Below are positions 23,600 to 32,000 of a DNA stretch of 32,000 bases, one piece after another. How positions within the stretch are numbered: the first letter of the stretch is position 1; every line of letters starts with the position of its first letter. The DNA lies in the NCBI GenBank assembly GCA_010202845.1, contig CP047921.1, forward strand, positions 390,001 through 422,000. The letters run 5' to 3'. Source of the DNA: Candidatus Saccharibacteria bacterium oral taxon 488. Lineage in GTDB: Bacteria > Patescibacteriota > Saccharimonadia > Saccharimonadales > Saccharimonadaceae. Both the position numbers and the translations under genes were made by a program. The notes under the pieces were generated by a model that was given only the letters and a program-made list of their open reading frames with translations, was not told the origin of the DNA and did not search any database.

Positions 23600-23636
23600 G
23601 AAAATACTCCGCCTGCACATGAGATGGAGTATTTTT
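23600..23636. terminator. Hairpin with T/A runs on both sides between rpsI and the hydrolase gene
   Basis: AATACTCC-15 nt-GGAGTATT is flanked by AAAA and TTTT. It is positioned to terminate the ribosomal operon after rpsI. Confidence 0.45.
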
Positions 23637-23658
23637 GATAGTTGGTTTCTCCTCTGTT

Positions 23659-24057
23659 TTAACGCTTGGAGAATTGTTCGCGCTTGCGGGCGGAACGCAG
23701 ACCGTATTTCTTGCGCTCTTTCTCGCGTGGGTCGCGCTTGAGCAGCTCAGCCTTCTTCAGGACTGGACGCAGATCAGCGTGAGCGGCCGTCAATGCTTTA
23801 GCAATGCCAAGCTTGATGGCGTCAACTTGACCAGCGAGGCCGCCGCCTTTGACCAAGATGGTAACGTCGTATTCCTTTTGCTTGCTGACGATAGCTAGCG
23901 GGTCGGTTACTTCTGCCAGCAAAGTTTTGTTGCCATCCAAGTACTCAGCGGCTGCTTTGCCGTTGATGGTGATGGTACCCTTGCCAGGAAGCAAGCGAAC
24001 ACTTGCCGAGGCGCTTTTGCGTCGTCCCAAGCCGTAGAAATAGGTATCAGTAGCCAT
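23659..24057 (-). CDS. rpsI: 30S ribosomal protein S9
   Basis: GGGLAGQVDAIKLGIAKAL and a C-terminal ...ARKREQFSKR. Confidence 0.9.
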   Translation of the reverse strand: MATDTYFYGLGRRKSASASVRLLPGKGTITINGKAAAEYLDGNKTLLAEVTDPLAIVSKQKEYDVTILVKGGGLAGQVDAIKLGIAKALTAAHADLRPVLKKAELLKRDPREKERKKYGLRSARKREQFSKR

Positions 24058-24058
24058 A

Positions 24059-24490
24059 TTACTTTACCTCAACTTTCTCTGGGGTTTGTGCTGTGTGAGC
24101 ATGCTCGCTGCCAGCAAATACGCGCAGGCGCTTGAGACGTTCTGCTTGCAGTTTATTCTTTGGCAGCATGCCTTTGACAGCTTCTTCAATAATTCGTTCT
24201 GGGTGGCGTTCACGCATTTCTTTGAACTGCGTTTCTTTGATGCCGCCTGGGAAACCACTGTGACGGTAGTAGTACTTGTCGGTTTCCTTGTAGCCAGTAA
24301 CGACGGTGTTTGCGGCGTTGATAACCACGACGTAGTCACCACCATCAACGTGCGGCGTGTAAGTTGGCTTGTACTTACCGGTCAGGTGTTTAGCAATTTC
24401 AGTTGCCAAACGTCCCAGTGGCAATTCGCTCGCGTCAAACAATACCCAGCGGCGAGAAACTTCAGATGGTTTTTGTGAATAAGTCTTCAT
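24059..24490 (-). CDS. rplM: 50S ribosomal protein L13
   Basis: MKTYSQKPSEVSRRWVLFDASELPLGRLA... starts from the ATG at 24490. The track ORF extends upstream spuriously. Confidence 0.9.
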   Translation of the reverse strand: MKTYSQKPSEVSRRWVLFDASELPLGRLATEIAKHLTGKYKPTYTPHVDGGDYVVVINAANTVVTGYKETDKYYYRHSGFPGGIKETQFKEMRERHPERIIEEAVKGMLPKNKLQAERLKRLRVFAGSEHAHTAQTPEKVEVK

Positions 24491-24491
24491 C

Positions 24492-24878
24492 TTATTTCTC
24501 CTTCTTTGGCATTGGTTTGATGTCGTCGACAAACTCGATGATTGCCATTTGTGCGCCGTCGCCAACACGTAGGCGTGTTCGTTCAACGCGAACGTGTCCG
24601 CTGGTGCGACCACTCAGCTGCGGGGCAATTTCATCAACCAGTTTGTAAGCAGCAGCGCGGGTGCTGAGTGCCGCGATCACCTGGCGGCGGCTTGCCAAAT
24701 CGCCCTTCTTCGCCTTGGTGATGATTTTTTCAATGTGGCGCTTCAGATCTTTGGCTTTCGGTAAGGTGGTCTCGATTTTGCCGTGCTCGACCAGGCTGGT
24801 TGCCAGGCCCCTCAGCAAGGCTCGCCGTTGATCACGCTCACGGCCGAACTTGCGCCCTTGATATCCGTGTCTATGCAT
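24492..24878 (-). CDS. rplQ: 50S ribosomal protein L17
   Basis: MHRHGYQGRKFGRERDQRRALLRGLATSL... is the canonical L17 N-terminus. Confidence 0.9.
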   Translation of the reverse strand: MHRHGYQGRKFGRERDQRRALLRGLATSLVEHGKIETTLPKAKDLKRHIEKIITKAKKGDLASRRQVIAALSTRAAAYKLVDEIAPQLSGRTSGHVRVERTRLRVGDGAQMAIIEFVDDIKPMPKKEK

Positions 24879-24880
24879 AG

Positions 24881-25798
24881 TTAAAACTCCAACTCCGCCA
24901 TCTTGTCGCGTACTTCATCCAGCGCCTTTGAGCCAAAGCCTTTCAATTCTCGCAAATCTTGCTCGGTCAAAGTCACCAGGTCGCGAATGGTGCGAATTTC
25001 ATTGTTAATCAGCGCGTTCGTCGTGCGGGCGCTTAGGTTTAATTCTTCAATCGACATGTCAAGTTCCGAATCATCCGACTCGTCATTGCCCAGTGCTGGC
25101 GCACCAGTCACTACGGTCGAGCCTGCCAGCGCGCTATATTGACTGACGAGAATCGCTGCTGCCTCCTCAAAGGCTTCGCGCGGTGTCATCGTGCCGTCGG
25201 TCTCCACCGTCAGCGCCAGCTTCTCGAGGTTGGTCTCGTCGCCAACACGGGTCGAGTCGACCTTGTAGCGAACGCGCAGCACTGGGGTAAAGATAGCGTC
25301 GAGCGCGATCATGTCGGAGTGCAATCGATTGGCACTTGACTCTTCAATCGTCTGATAGCCACGGCCAGCTTCTGCCACCAAATCCATGATGACGGTCTTG
25401 TTCGGATCATCGATGGTAGCGATGATGTGGTCTGGGTTAACAACTTCTACTTCGCCGTTTGCTTGGATGTCGCCAGCGGTGATAACACCACCAGTTTTCT
25501 CCAGACGCAACTCAACTGGCTCGTCAGTGTGAACGCGGAGTCGCACACCCTTTAGGTTCAGCATGATATCGACGACGTCCTCTTTGACGCCCTCGACGGT
25601 GGTGAACTCGTGTGTCGCACCCTCGATACGAAAGGCAACGATCGCGCCACCGCGAATGCTCGAGAGCAGCACCCGGCGCAAGGAGTTGCCAAGCGTATTG
25701 CCATAGCCGGCGTGCATCGGCTCGATCAGAAAGGTCGCACTGGTCGCGGAAATATCATCAACGCTCGCGAGTGCTGGATTGTAAATTGCTTTTGCCAT
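24881..25798 (-). CDS. rpoA: DNA-directed RNA polymerase alpha subunit
   Basis: GNTLGNSLRRVLLSSI in the N-terminal domain, and a C-terminal domain with ELNLSARTTNAL. Confidence 0.9.
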   Translation of the reverse strand: MAKAIYNPALASVDDISATSATFLIEPMHAGYGNTLGNSLRRVLLSSIRGGAIVAFRIEGATHEFTTVEGVKEDVVDIMLNLKGVRLRVHTDEPVELRLEKTGGVITAGDIQANGEVEVVNPDHIIATIDDPNKTVIMDLVAEAGRGYQTIEESSANRLHSDMIALDAIFTPVLRVRYKVDSTRVGDETNLEKLALTVETDGTMTPREAFEEAAAILVSQYSALAGSTVVTGAPALGNDESDDSELDMSIEELNLSARTTNALINNEIRTIRDLVTLTEQDLRELKGFGSKALDEVRDKMAELEF

Positions 25799-25819
25799 AA
25801 TTCTTCCCTAACCCTTCTT

Positions 25820-26440
25820 TTATCGTGAGTAATACTCAACAATTAATTGCTCGTTGATGTCAGCTTCTGCTTCCTCGCGCTTCGGCAAACCAGTAACTTC
25901 AATCTTCAGCTTCTTGCTATCGCTCTTCAGCCAGCTCAGCGGGCCTTGGATTGAATTATTGATCACATCATCAATCCGCGTGAAGTATTCAGATTTGGTG
26001 CTCTTTGGACGAACGGTGATGACGTCACCGGCCTTAACACGAATTGATGGAATATCGACGCGGCGGCCGTTTAGTTCGAAGTGCCCGTGGCTGACCAACT
26101 GGCGGGCAGCGCGGCGCGATACGGCAAACCCAGAGCGGTAAACTACGTTGTCCAGCCGGCGCTCCAGCAGCTTCAACAGATTCTCGCCCGCCAAACCTTC
26201 CTGGGCGCGGGTTGCCTCGTTCATCAGGCGCGCAAATTGCTTTTCAACCAAACCGTAAAGCCGGCGAACCTTTTGCTTTTCGCGCAGCTGCGTAGCATAC
26301 AGACTTGGCTTACTTTGGCGGCCGTGCGCGTGCTGGCCTGGGATGCCAGATTTTCGCGCCAAAACCTTATGTGCTTTTGGATGAAGCGCATAACCTTCGC
26401 GGCGGCTTTGCTTGACAATCGGTGAATTATCTCGTGCCAT
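25820..26440 (-). CDS. rpsD: 30S ribosomal protein S4
   Basis: LREKQKVRRLYG, and S4-domain RLDNVVYRSGFA...ARQLVSHGH. Confidence 0.9.
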   Translation of the reverse strand: MARDNSPIVKQSRREGYALHPKAHKVLARKSGIPGQHAHGRQSKPSLYATQLREKQKVRRLYGLVEKQFARLMNEATRAQEGLAGENLLKLLERRLDNVVYRSGFAVSRRAARQLVSHGHFELNGRRVDIPSIRVKAGDVITVRPKSTKSEYFTRIDDVINNSIQGPLSWLKSDSKKLKIEVTGLPKREEAEADINEQLIVEYYSR

Positions 26441-26442
26441 AA

Positions 26443-26832
26443 TTATGCCCTCCGTGCCTTTCGTGGACGAACACCGCCGTGAGGTACGCCAGTTACGTCC
26501 TTAATGCTTTCTACTGAGATGTCGAACGCGCCAACCGCACGAATAGCGGCGTCACGGCCCAAGCCGACACCTTTGACGAAAACGTCAACTGATTTCAAAC
26601 CATACTGAGTTTTCGCAGCTTCAGCAGCTTTTTCAGCAGCAACCTGTGAAGCATAGGCGGTGCCTTTTTTGCTACCACGGAAACCACATGCACCAGCTGA
26701 TGAAGCGGTCAACACGTTACCCTTCTTGTCAGAAAAGGTAACAATAGTGTTGTTAAATGTTGCTTGAATATGCAGCTGACCAGCTGGGACTGATCGGCGC
26801 TGCTTCTTCTTGGTAGATTTTGCGTCTGCCAT
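26443..26832 (-). CDS. rpsK: 30S ribosomal protein S11
   Basis: HIQATFNNTIVTFSD..GN and GSKKGTAYA. Confidence 0.9.
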   Translation of the reverse strand: MADAKSTKKKQRRSVPAGQLHIQATFNNTIVTFSDKKGNVLTASSAGACGFRGSKKGTAYASQVAAEKAAEAAKTQYGLKSVDVFVKGVGLGRDAAIRAVGAFDISVESIKDVTGVPHGGVRPRKARRA

Positions 26833-26847
26833 TTCTTAGTCCTTTCT

Positions 26848-27234
26848 TTAGGTCTTACTTGCTGCTTTTGGTTGTGTACCGCCCACGGCGATGGCGCGAC
26901 CCTTGCGAGTTCGTGCATTCGTACGAGTCCGCTGTCCGCGTGTTGGCAGTCCTGCTTTATGGCGAAGACCGCGATAGGCGTTGATATCCTTCAAGCGCTT
27001 AATATTATTCGTCACCAAGCGCTGGAGATCACCTTCGACGGTGTATTCGCTGTCGATAATTTCGCGAATCTTGTTTTCTTCAGCCTCGGTGAGATCTTTC
27101 ACCCGAGTGGTCGGCTCAATCTTAGCCGCCGCAAGGATGCTCAAAGCGTGCTTCGGCCCAATCCCATAAATATAGGTGAGCGCAATTTGCACCTGCTTCT
27201 CTGTTGGGATAACTACCCCAGCAATTCGAGCCAT
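26848..27234 (-). CDS. rpsM: 30S ribosomal protein S13
   Basis: [26 protein letters not shown]... Confidence 0.9.
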   Translation of the reverse strand: MARIAGVVIPTEKQVQIALTYIYGIGPKHALSILAAAKIEPTTRVKDLTEAEENKIREIIDSEYTVEGDLQRLVTNNIKRLKDINAYRGLRHKAGLPTRGQRTRTNARTRKGRAIAVGGTQPKAASKT

Positions 27235-27236
27235 GC

Positions 27237-27365
27237 TTAACCCTGCCTTTGCTTGTTCTTAGGTTTTCTTTTGTTGATGACGTACAGGCGGCCTTTGCGG
27301 CGGACTAGCTTGTCACCTTTCTTGGGATCTTTGTCGATCTTCTTGACACTTGCACGAACTTTCAT
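27237..27365 (-). CDS. rpmJ: 50S ribosomal protein L36, Cys-less (C-minus) variant
   Basis: My own translation is [42 protein letters not shown] (42 aa; not in the ORF track). It occupies the canonical position between infA and rpsM. Confidence 0.8.
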   Translation of the reverse strand: MKVRASVKKIDKDPKKGDKLVRRKGRLYVINKRKPKNKQRQG

Positions 27366-27416
27366 AAAGTGCTCTGAAATCTCCCTTCCCGAGTAAACCC
27401 GAGATTATCGTTAGTA

Positions 27417-27683
27417 TTATGACGAGCGCCGCGTGTTTCTCGCCACGTGCGCTGGTCGCTCCTCCTTGAGGCGAAAGACGATGCGACCCTTTGTGAGATC
27501 GTAAGGAGTCATCTCGACTTCCACCCTATCACCAGGCACCAGGCGGATGTAGTTCTTGCGCATCCGTCCCGAAATGTGCGCGATGATACTATGGCCATTC
27601 TCCAGTTCCACCCGAAATTGGGTATTAGGCAGTGCTTCCACCACCTTACCAATCATCTTGATGACTTCCTTTTGACTCGCCAT
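27417..27683 (-). CDS. infA: Translation initiation factor IF-1
   Basis: [20 protein letters not shown]...[18 protein letters not shown]. Confidence 0.9.
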   Translation of the reverse strand: MASQKEVIKMIGKVVEALPNTQFRVELENGHSIIAHISGRMRKNYIRLVPGDRVEVEMTPYDLTKGRIVFRLKEERPAHVARNTRRSS

Positions 27684-27721
27684 AAGTTACAGTTGTCAAT
27701 TATACCGTATCGCCTCGGCGA

Positions 27722-29185
27722 TTACAAGAGGGACGAGCGTCGTTTTTTCGACTTTTTCTTGGTCAGTTCGTCTGGGTCAAAGTCGTCATAGGTAACCATC
27801 AGAGCGCGCGAGTTGAGCTGGCGTAGTGACTCGAGGCCGACTGAGACTACGATGAGCAGCCCGGTACCGCCGATCGACAGGCGTGAGCCACGGATTGCCG
27901 CTAGGTGATACATTAAATATTCAGCGACAAACGGCAAGATGGCGATGATACCGAGGACGATTGAGCCGAACAGAATCAAGCGATTAACCGTCCGCGTTAG
28001 ATATTTCTCGGTTTGCTCACCGGGCCTGACGCCCTCGATAAAGCCGCCCTGCTTTTGCAGATTCTCAGCGATTTCGTTGGCGTTAAAGACGATCCCGGTG
28101 TAGAAGTAGGTAAAGGCAATAACCAAGAGGAAATACAGCGTCGGGTAAATGAACGCCTCCCACGTGCTGCCGGTAAAGGAGCCCGGGTTTGGCGCCTGAA
28201 ACCACGTGATCAGGGTGTTGGCGGTGTTTTGCAGGTTTGGATTGCCTGAGGCCTTCATGACTTGGCCGATGAATTGCGGCAAGCTGAGGAAGGCGACGGC
28301 AAAGATGACCGGGATGACGCCAGCAGCGATTAGCTTGACCGGCAGGATGCTCTTGATACCGCCGTAGCTGGAGTTGCCATGAACGCGCTTGGCATAATTG
28401 ATAGTGATGACGCGCTGGGCCTCGTTAATTTTTACCAAGAAGTAGAGAACGATGAGCGAGGCGATAGCCATGATCACCACCAGCCAAAAGACGGTTGGAT
28501 TGACCGGCAAGGTAAACCAGTTAAAGACGTTCAGCCCGCCAGCCGCAGTGTTCCCAAGCGACGAAATGAGTGAGCCGAGCATCTGCGGGATCTGGCTGAT
28601 GATACCAGCGAAAATCAAGATCGAAATACCATTACCGATACCCTGCTCGGTGATCAACTCACCCAGCCACATGAGCAGGACCGACCCGGCTGTCATCGCC
28701 GTCACGCCAACTGTCCACTCGAGCATCGTCGGGTCGCTCAGCGTAGTCGTACCACCGGCCAGCACTGTCTGGCGCAAGAGGAAGATAAAGGCGATCGACT
28801 GGACGATAGCCAGCGGAATAGTCAGCCGCCGCGTCCACTGCTGGATCTTGCGCCTGCCTGATTCGCCGTCCTTGTGTAGCTCTTCGAGCTTTGGAATGGC
28901 CTTGGTGAGTAGCTGGGTGATAATGCTGGCGGTAATGAATGGACTGAGCCCAACGAGCACGAGTGAAAAGCTCGCCAGCGCGCCACCCGAAAGCAAGTTC
29001 AAGAACCCGCCGAGGTCGGTCTGCCCCAGCGCTGCTGCCAGTGCCGTCTTCATCTGTGTCGGATTAGCCAGCGGCACCGGAATATGCGCCAGCATTCGAT
29101 ACACCACAATAATCCCCACCACAATGGCCAGGCGTTTCTGCATATCTTTATTTTTCAGCGACCGGAAAATTATTCTCCAATTCAT
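27722..29185 (-). CDS. secY: Preprotein translocase subunit SecY
   Basis: A 10-TM protein with typical SecY motifs (GGALASFSLVLVGLSPFITASII, and a C-terminal GGTGLLIVV). GAGGGG SD upstream. Confidence 0.9.
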   Translation of the reverse strand: MNWRIIFRSLKNKDMQKRLAIVVGIIVVYRMLAHIPVPLANPTQMKTALAAALGQTDLGGFLNLLSGGALASFSLVLVGLSPFITASIITQLLTKAIPKLEELHKDGESGRRKIQQWTRRLTIPLAIVQSIAFIFLLRQTVLAGGTTTLSDPTMLEWTVGVTAMTAGSVLLMWLGELITEQGIGNGISILIFAGIISQIPQMLGSLISSLGNTAAGGLNVFNWFTLPVNPTVFWLVVIMAIASLIVLYFLVKINEAQRVITINYAKRVHGNSSYGGIKSILPVKLIAAGVIPVIFAVAFLSLPQFIGQVMKASGNPNLQNTANTLITWFQAPNPGSFTGSTWEAFIYPTLYFLLVIAFTYFYTGIVFNANEIAENLQKQGGFIEGVRPGEQTEKYLTRTVNRLILFGSIVLGIIAILPFVAEYLMYHLAAIRGSRLSIGGTGLLIVVSVGLESLRQLNSRALMVTYDDFDPDELTKKKSKKRRSSLL

Positions 29186-29227
29186 GTTTTAGCCCCTCAT
29201 AGTCACTAACAATTCTTAACTCTGTTA

Positions 29228-29256
29228 ATTATACATGACCGCGGCCAATATTTCCA
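29228..29256 (-). promoter_or_regulatory. Weak candidate promoter for secY
   Basis: Minus strand reads TGGAAA, a 17-nt spacer, then TATAAT. A promoter is needed here because a terminator follows rplO. Confidence 0.3.
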
Positions 29257-29323
29257 TACTAAAAACATAAAAGCACATGCGCTATAATTGAATTAATACA
29301 ATAATGCAAGATTGAGGTGTCAT

Positions 29324-30028
29324 ATGCAACAACGTCCCGAAACTCCAGTAACTCCATCGCCAATGCCGCAGCTAAGCCCAGAATTACCGCCACAGTATCC
29401 ACCAAAGAAAAGTAAGCTATGGCTGTGGATTACGCTGGCGATTGTCGGCGTGTTGGCGATAGTCGGGATTATCATAACAATTATTATTGTGTCGAATAAC
29501 TCCACTTCTTCAGCTGATACAACAACTTCACGTCAGCGAGCGACCAAGCCTGATAAGAATAATGACAATGAGGAGGATGAAGACAATCAGCAAGGCTCAA
29601 CTACGAAGGCCACAAAATGCCTAACGTCTGCAGATTTTCGAAGATCTGGCTATACGCACGTAAAGGATGGCTATTTTGTGTTAGAGAACGGCAAACTTAA
29701 CTTTCGTAGCATTCTCTTTAAGCCAGATTCAACGCAATACCAACGTGGAACTTCCAACGTTGAAATGGCTAAGCTAGGGGTGCTTTACAAATTTAATACT
29801 GACAAGCAATTTTCGATTGAACTGGTCCCTAATGAGACGGGTGAGGGATCAAAGCTGGCTTTGGAGCGTGCCGATAAGATTAAGCACGATTTGGTATCTA
29901 ATGGAATTCCAGAGCGTAAGATTACTGTTTCTGAGCCAATAGTCGCCACCCATGATACTAGCGATGATACGGCCAACAGGCGTGTAACGATTTATTTCGT
30001 TGCACCGCAGAAATGTAGCGAAAAGTAA
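29324..30028 (+). CDS. Membrane-anchored protein with a degenerate OmpA/MotB-like C-terminal (peptidoglycan-binding) domain
   Basis: The ATG at 29324 has GAGGTG upstream. A Pro-rich N-terminus is followed by one TM helix (LWLWITLAIVGVLAIVGIIITIIIV) and an acidic linker. The C-terminus LALERADKIKHDLVSNGIPERKITV...ANRRVTIYF resembles OmpA_C. Confidence 0.6.
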   Translation: MQQRPETPVTPSPMPQLSPELPPQYPPKKSKLWLWITLAIVGVLAIVGIIITIIIVSNNSTSSADTTTSRQRATKPDKNNDNEEDEDNQQGSTTKATKCLTSADFRRSGYTHVKDGYFVLENGKLNFRSILFKPDSTQYQRGTSNVEMAKLGVLYKFNTDKQFSIELVPNETGEGSKLALERADKIKHDLVSNGIPERKITVSEPIVATHDTSDDTANRRVTIYFVAPQKCSEK

Positions 30029-30044
30029 TCCGACTCACCAAGAT

Positions 30045-30080
30045 AAAAGAAAATCCCCTTCTCTAACAAAGGGGATTTTA
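30045..30080. terminator. Bidirectional terminator between the OmpA-like gene and rplO
   Basis: A perfect 10-bp stem, AAATCCCCTT-8 nt-AAGGGGATTT, has a T-rich tail on the minus strand (TCTTTTATCT) and TTTTA on the plus strand. Confidence 0.6.
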
Positions 30081-30097
30081 TAGTCACCAAAGGAAGA

Positions 30098-30571
30098 TTA
30101 TTTTTCTTCGGCTTCTTTCATGCTTCGACGCAGTGGCGTTGCGACTTTCTCAAATGAGCCACCAGCTTTTTCAATCGCTTTGACAACTGAAGCGGAAGCA
30201 GCTTGTACTTTCAAGTCAACCTTAGCTTTCAATTCGCCGCGGGCGATCACCTTGACCGTGTGGAACGGCGTGGCGATGTAGCCTTCGGTAAACAGCAATG
30301 CGTTGTCGACGGTTTTTCCGTCAAAGGCATTCAAGTGGTCGAGGTAAACTACCTGAGCTGGTGTGCGCAGACTCTTGAAACCGCGAGCTTTTGGTACAGC
30401 CTGAGCCAGTGGACGCTGACCGCCCTGGAACATAGCGCGAAGCTTTTTACCAGTGCGGGCGTTCTGACCCTTGGTACCGCGACCAGCAGTTTTACCCTGG
30501 CCAGCAGCGATACCGCGGCCAACACGCTTTTTATTCTTGTTTGCTGAAACTTGGAGATCGTTGTATTTCAT
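30098..30571 (-). CDS. rplO: 50S ribosomal protein L15
   Basis: KKRVGRGIAAGQGKTAGRGTKGQNARTG. Confidence 0.9.
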   Translation of the reverse strand: MKYNDLQVSANKNKKRVGRGIAAGQGKTAGRGTKGQNARTGKKLRAMFQGGQRPLAQAVPKARGFKSLRTPAQVVYLDHLNAFDGKTVDNALLFTEGYIATPFHTVKVIARGELKAKVDLKVQAASASVVKAIEKAGGSFEKVATPLRRSMKEAEEK

Positions 30572-31161
30572 TACTTAGCCTCCTTCTTAGCAGCTTTTTT
30601 GACTGGCTGAGCGTTGAGCCACTGTTCTCGTGGAACCAATGATTTCAATGCTTCAATGGTTGCGTAGGCGATGTTCACCTTGTTGGTTGAACCAAGCGAC
30701 TTGGTGAGCAGATTACGAACACCGGTCACACCGATGATTTGTCGGACAACACCACCAGCGATGATACCAGTACCAGGAGCAGCCGGCTTGATCAGCACGC
30801 GAGCGCCTGAGAACTTGACTTCGCTGTCGTGTGGAATGGTCTCGCCGTTGAGCGGCAAAGTGATCAAGTGCTTCTTGGCAACTGAGGTTGCTTTGGCGAC
30901 CGCAGCTTGCACGTCGGCGCCTTTGGCTACACCGACACCAACCTTGTCCTTGCGGTTACCGACAACCACCAACGCCTTAAAGCGGAAGCGGCGGCCACCC
31001 TTCACCACGCGGCTCACGCGGTCAATGTTGATTACCAATTCTTCAAACTCTTTTGGTGCGTCATCACGCACATTTCGCCGGTCATCGCGGCGACCACCAC
31101 GCGGACTGCGAGGCCGGCGGCCTTCTGCGCGTGGGGTAGTATTTGCAGCTTGTTCTGCCAT
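30571..31161 (-). CDS. rpsE: 30S ribosomal protein S5, with an Arg-rich N-terminal extension
   Basis: The ATG at 31161 (MAEQAANT...) has an AGAGGA SD. Core motif: RVSRVVKGGRRFRFKALVVVGN. TAATG overlap with rplO, so no L30 gene lies between them. Confidence 0.9.
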   Translation of the reverse strand: MAEQAANTTPRAEGRRPRSPRGGRRDDRRNVRDDAPKEFEELVINIDRVSRVVKGGRRFRFKALVVVGNRKDKVGVGVAKGADVQAAVAKATSVAKKHLITLPLNGETIPHDSEVKFSGARVLIKPAAPGTGIIAGGVVRQIIGVTGVRNLLTKSLGSTNKVNIAYATIEALKSLVPREQWLNAQPVKKAAKKEAK

Positions 31162-31162
31162 A

Positions 31163-31381
31163 CTAATCCTCTTTCTCTCCTTCTTCAATTCTAACCTTCA
31201 ACTCATGCAAAGCACTTCTAGGATCAATCGCCGCTGCAGCCATGGTGTGCAAGAGACCATCAATCTCACGTTCGACGACCTCACTTGGAGATATGCAGAG
31301 GCCTTTAAAGTTCTCTGGGTCCCACTTGCGCGGGCCAGTGTAATAACGACGCTCAGTTTCTTTTGGTACATCCTTTACCAT
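31163..31381 (-). CDS. Unknown 72-aa acidic protein encoded in-line between rplR and rpsE
   Basis: The ATG at 31381 is 1 nt after the rplR stop, and the stop at 31163 is 1 nt before the rpsE ATG. The ORF fills the whole 220-nt gap. Sequence: MVKDVPKETERRYYTGPRKWDPENF...IEEGEKED. No family recognised. Confidence 0.5.
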   Translation of the reverse strand: MVKDVPKETERRYYTGPRKWDPENFKGLCISPSEVVEREIDGLLHTMAAAAIDPRSALHELKVRIEEGEKED

Positions 31382-31382
31382 A

Positions 31383-31733
31383 CTAGAACTCCAATCCTTC
31401 TTGGCGCGCAGCATCAGCCAATGCTTTCAAGCGACCAGCGTACTGGCGGCCATTGCGGTCAAAGACTACTGCGCTAATTTTACTCTTCTTTGCTTTCTTG
31501 GCAATTTCCGTACCGATGGCAGCACATTTTTCGCTCATCGTACCTTTTGCTTTGGTGCCAACGGTGGTTGCGGCAGCCAATGTCTTGCCCGCAGTGTCGT
31601 CGATCAGCTGAACACTAACGTGCATATTGCTGATGGTGACTGTCAGGCGTGGGCGCTCCGCAGTACCTGAAACCTTGGCACGAACGCGGTTTTTGCGGAG
31701 AGCGCGGTTGAGTAATTTCTTATTTTCTGCCAT
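31383..31733 (-). CDS. rplR: 50S ribosomal protein L18
   Basis: RKNRVRAKVSGTAERPRLTVTISNMHVSVQLIDD...VVFDRNGRQYAGRLKALADAARQEGLEF. Confidence 0.9.
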   Translation of the reverse strand: MAENKKLLNRALRKNRVRAKVSGTAERPRLTVTISNMHVSVQLIDDTAGKTLAAATTVGTKAKGTMSEKCAAIGTEIAKKAKKSKISAVVFDRNGRQYAGRLKALADAARQEGLEF

Positions 31734-31735
31734 GA

Positions 31736-32000
31736 TTACTTACCTGTCTTTCCTGCTTTGCGCAAAATTTGCTCGTCAGCGTACTTGATACCCTTGCCCT
31801 TGTATGGCTCAGGCTTCTTCAGTGCGCGGATTTCCGCAGCAACTTGGCCAACTTGCTGTTTATTGATACCGCTAACGATGATGGTCATCTTTTCGTTGGT
31901 AACGGTGATGCCCTCTGGGGCTTTGTATTTGACTGGGTGTGAAAACCCGAGCGCCATTTCCAGCTCATTGTTACTGGAGCTCACGCGGAAACCGACACCA
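31736..32000 (-). CDS. rplF: 50S ribosomal protein L6, C-terminal part; the gene continues beyond the window
   Basis: ...[17 protein letters not shown]...[33 protein letters not shown]. The reading frame stays open to the window edge. Confidence 0.85.
   Translation of the reverse strand, partial: GVGFRVSSSNNELEMALGFSHPVKYKAPEGITVTNEKMTIIVSGINKQQVGQVAAEIRALKKPEPYKGKGIKYADEQILRKAGKTGK

Overview
Coding-dense bacterial chromosome segment using the standard genetic code, with sigma70-like promoters and GGAGG Shine-Dalgarno sites. By inference it resembles a small-genome CPR/Saccharibacteria-type organism: S5 abuts L15 with no L30, there is an LPXTG surface protein, and intergenic spacers are tiny. 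No database search was possible. Layout, left to right: (1) housekeeping and accessory genes: a DUF45-like fragment, a P-loop kinase, an LPRTG-anchored DUF11-repeat surface protein, tRNA-Trp, a translationally coupled alpha-glucan cluster (glycosyltransferase, GH57, GH15-like), Cys-less L33, a nitroreductase and an AlkD-like repair protein. (2) A visibly AT-rich island (about 8690-11998): a promoter, a roughly 130-nt structured RNA and a terminator, then two beta-class DNA methyltransferases (SPPY and DPPY) and a 419-aa protein with a C-terminal HNH motif, ending at tRNA-Thr(GGU). (3) Two native membrane proteins, then a second AT-rich insertion encoding a 1014-aa helicase IV (HelD)-like SF1 helicase. 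It carries five N-terminal tandem repeats of about 46 aa and an embedded restriction-endonuclease-like module, and it abuts tRNA-Tyr and tRNA-Thr(UGU). (4) TPR protein, holB-like, RluD-like, an aspartate racemase-trpS operon preceded by a promoter/leader/terminator unit, a membrane protein, a TyrA-like protein and an alpha/beta hydrolase. (5) The ribosomal alpha/spc region on the minus strand: rplF'-rplR-[72-aa unknown ORF]-rpsE-rplO | opposite-strand OmpA-like gene | secY-infA-rpmJ-rpsM-rpsK-rpsD-rpoA-rplQ-rplM-rpsI. The most interesting items are the structured leader or sRNA in front of the R-M operon, the repeat-plus-nuclease helicase, the two insertions inside the conserved ribosomal operon, a putative attenuator ahead of racemase-trpS, and recurrent leaderless start architecture. 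No CRISPR array, rRNA, transposase or integrase was seen.
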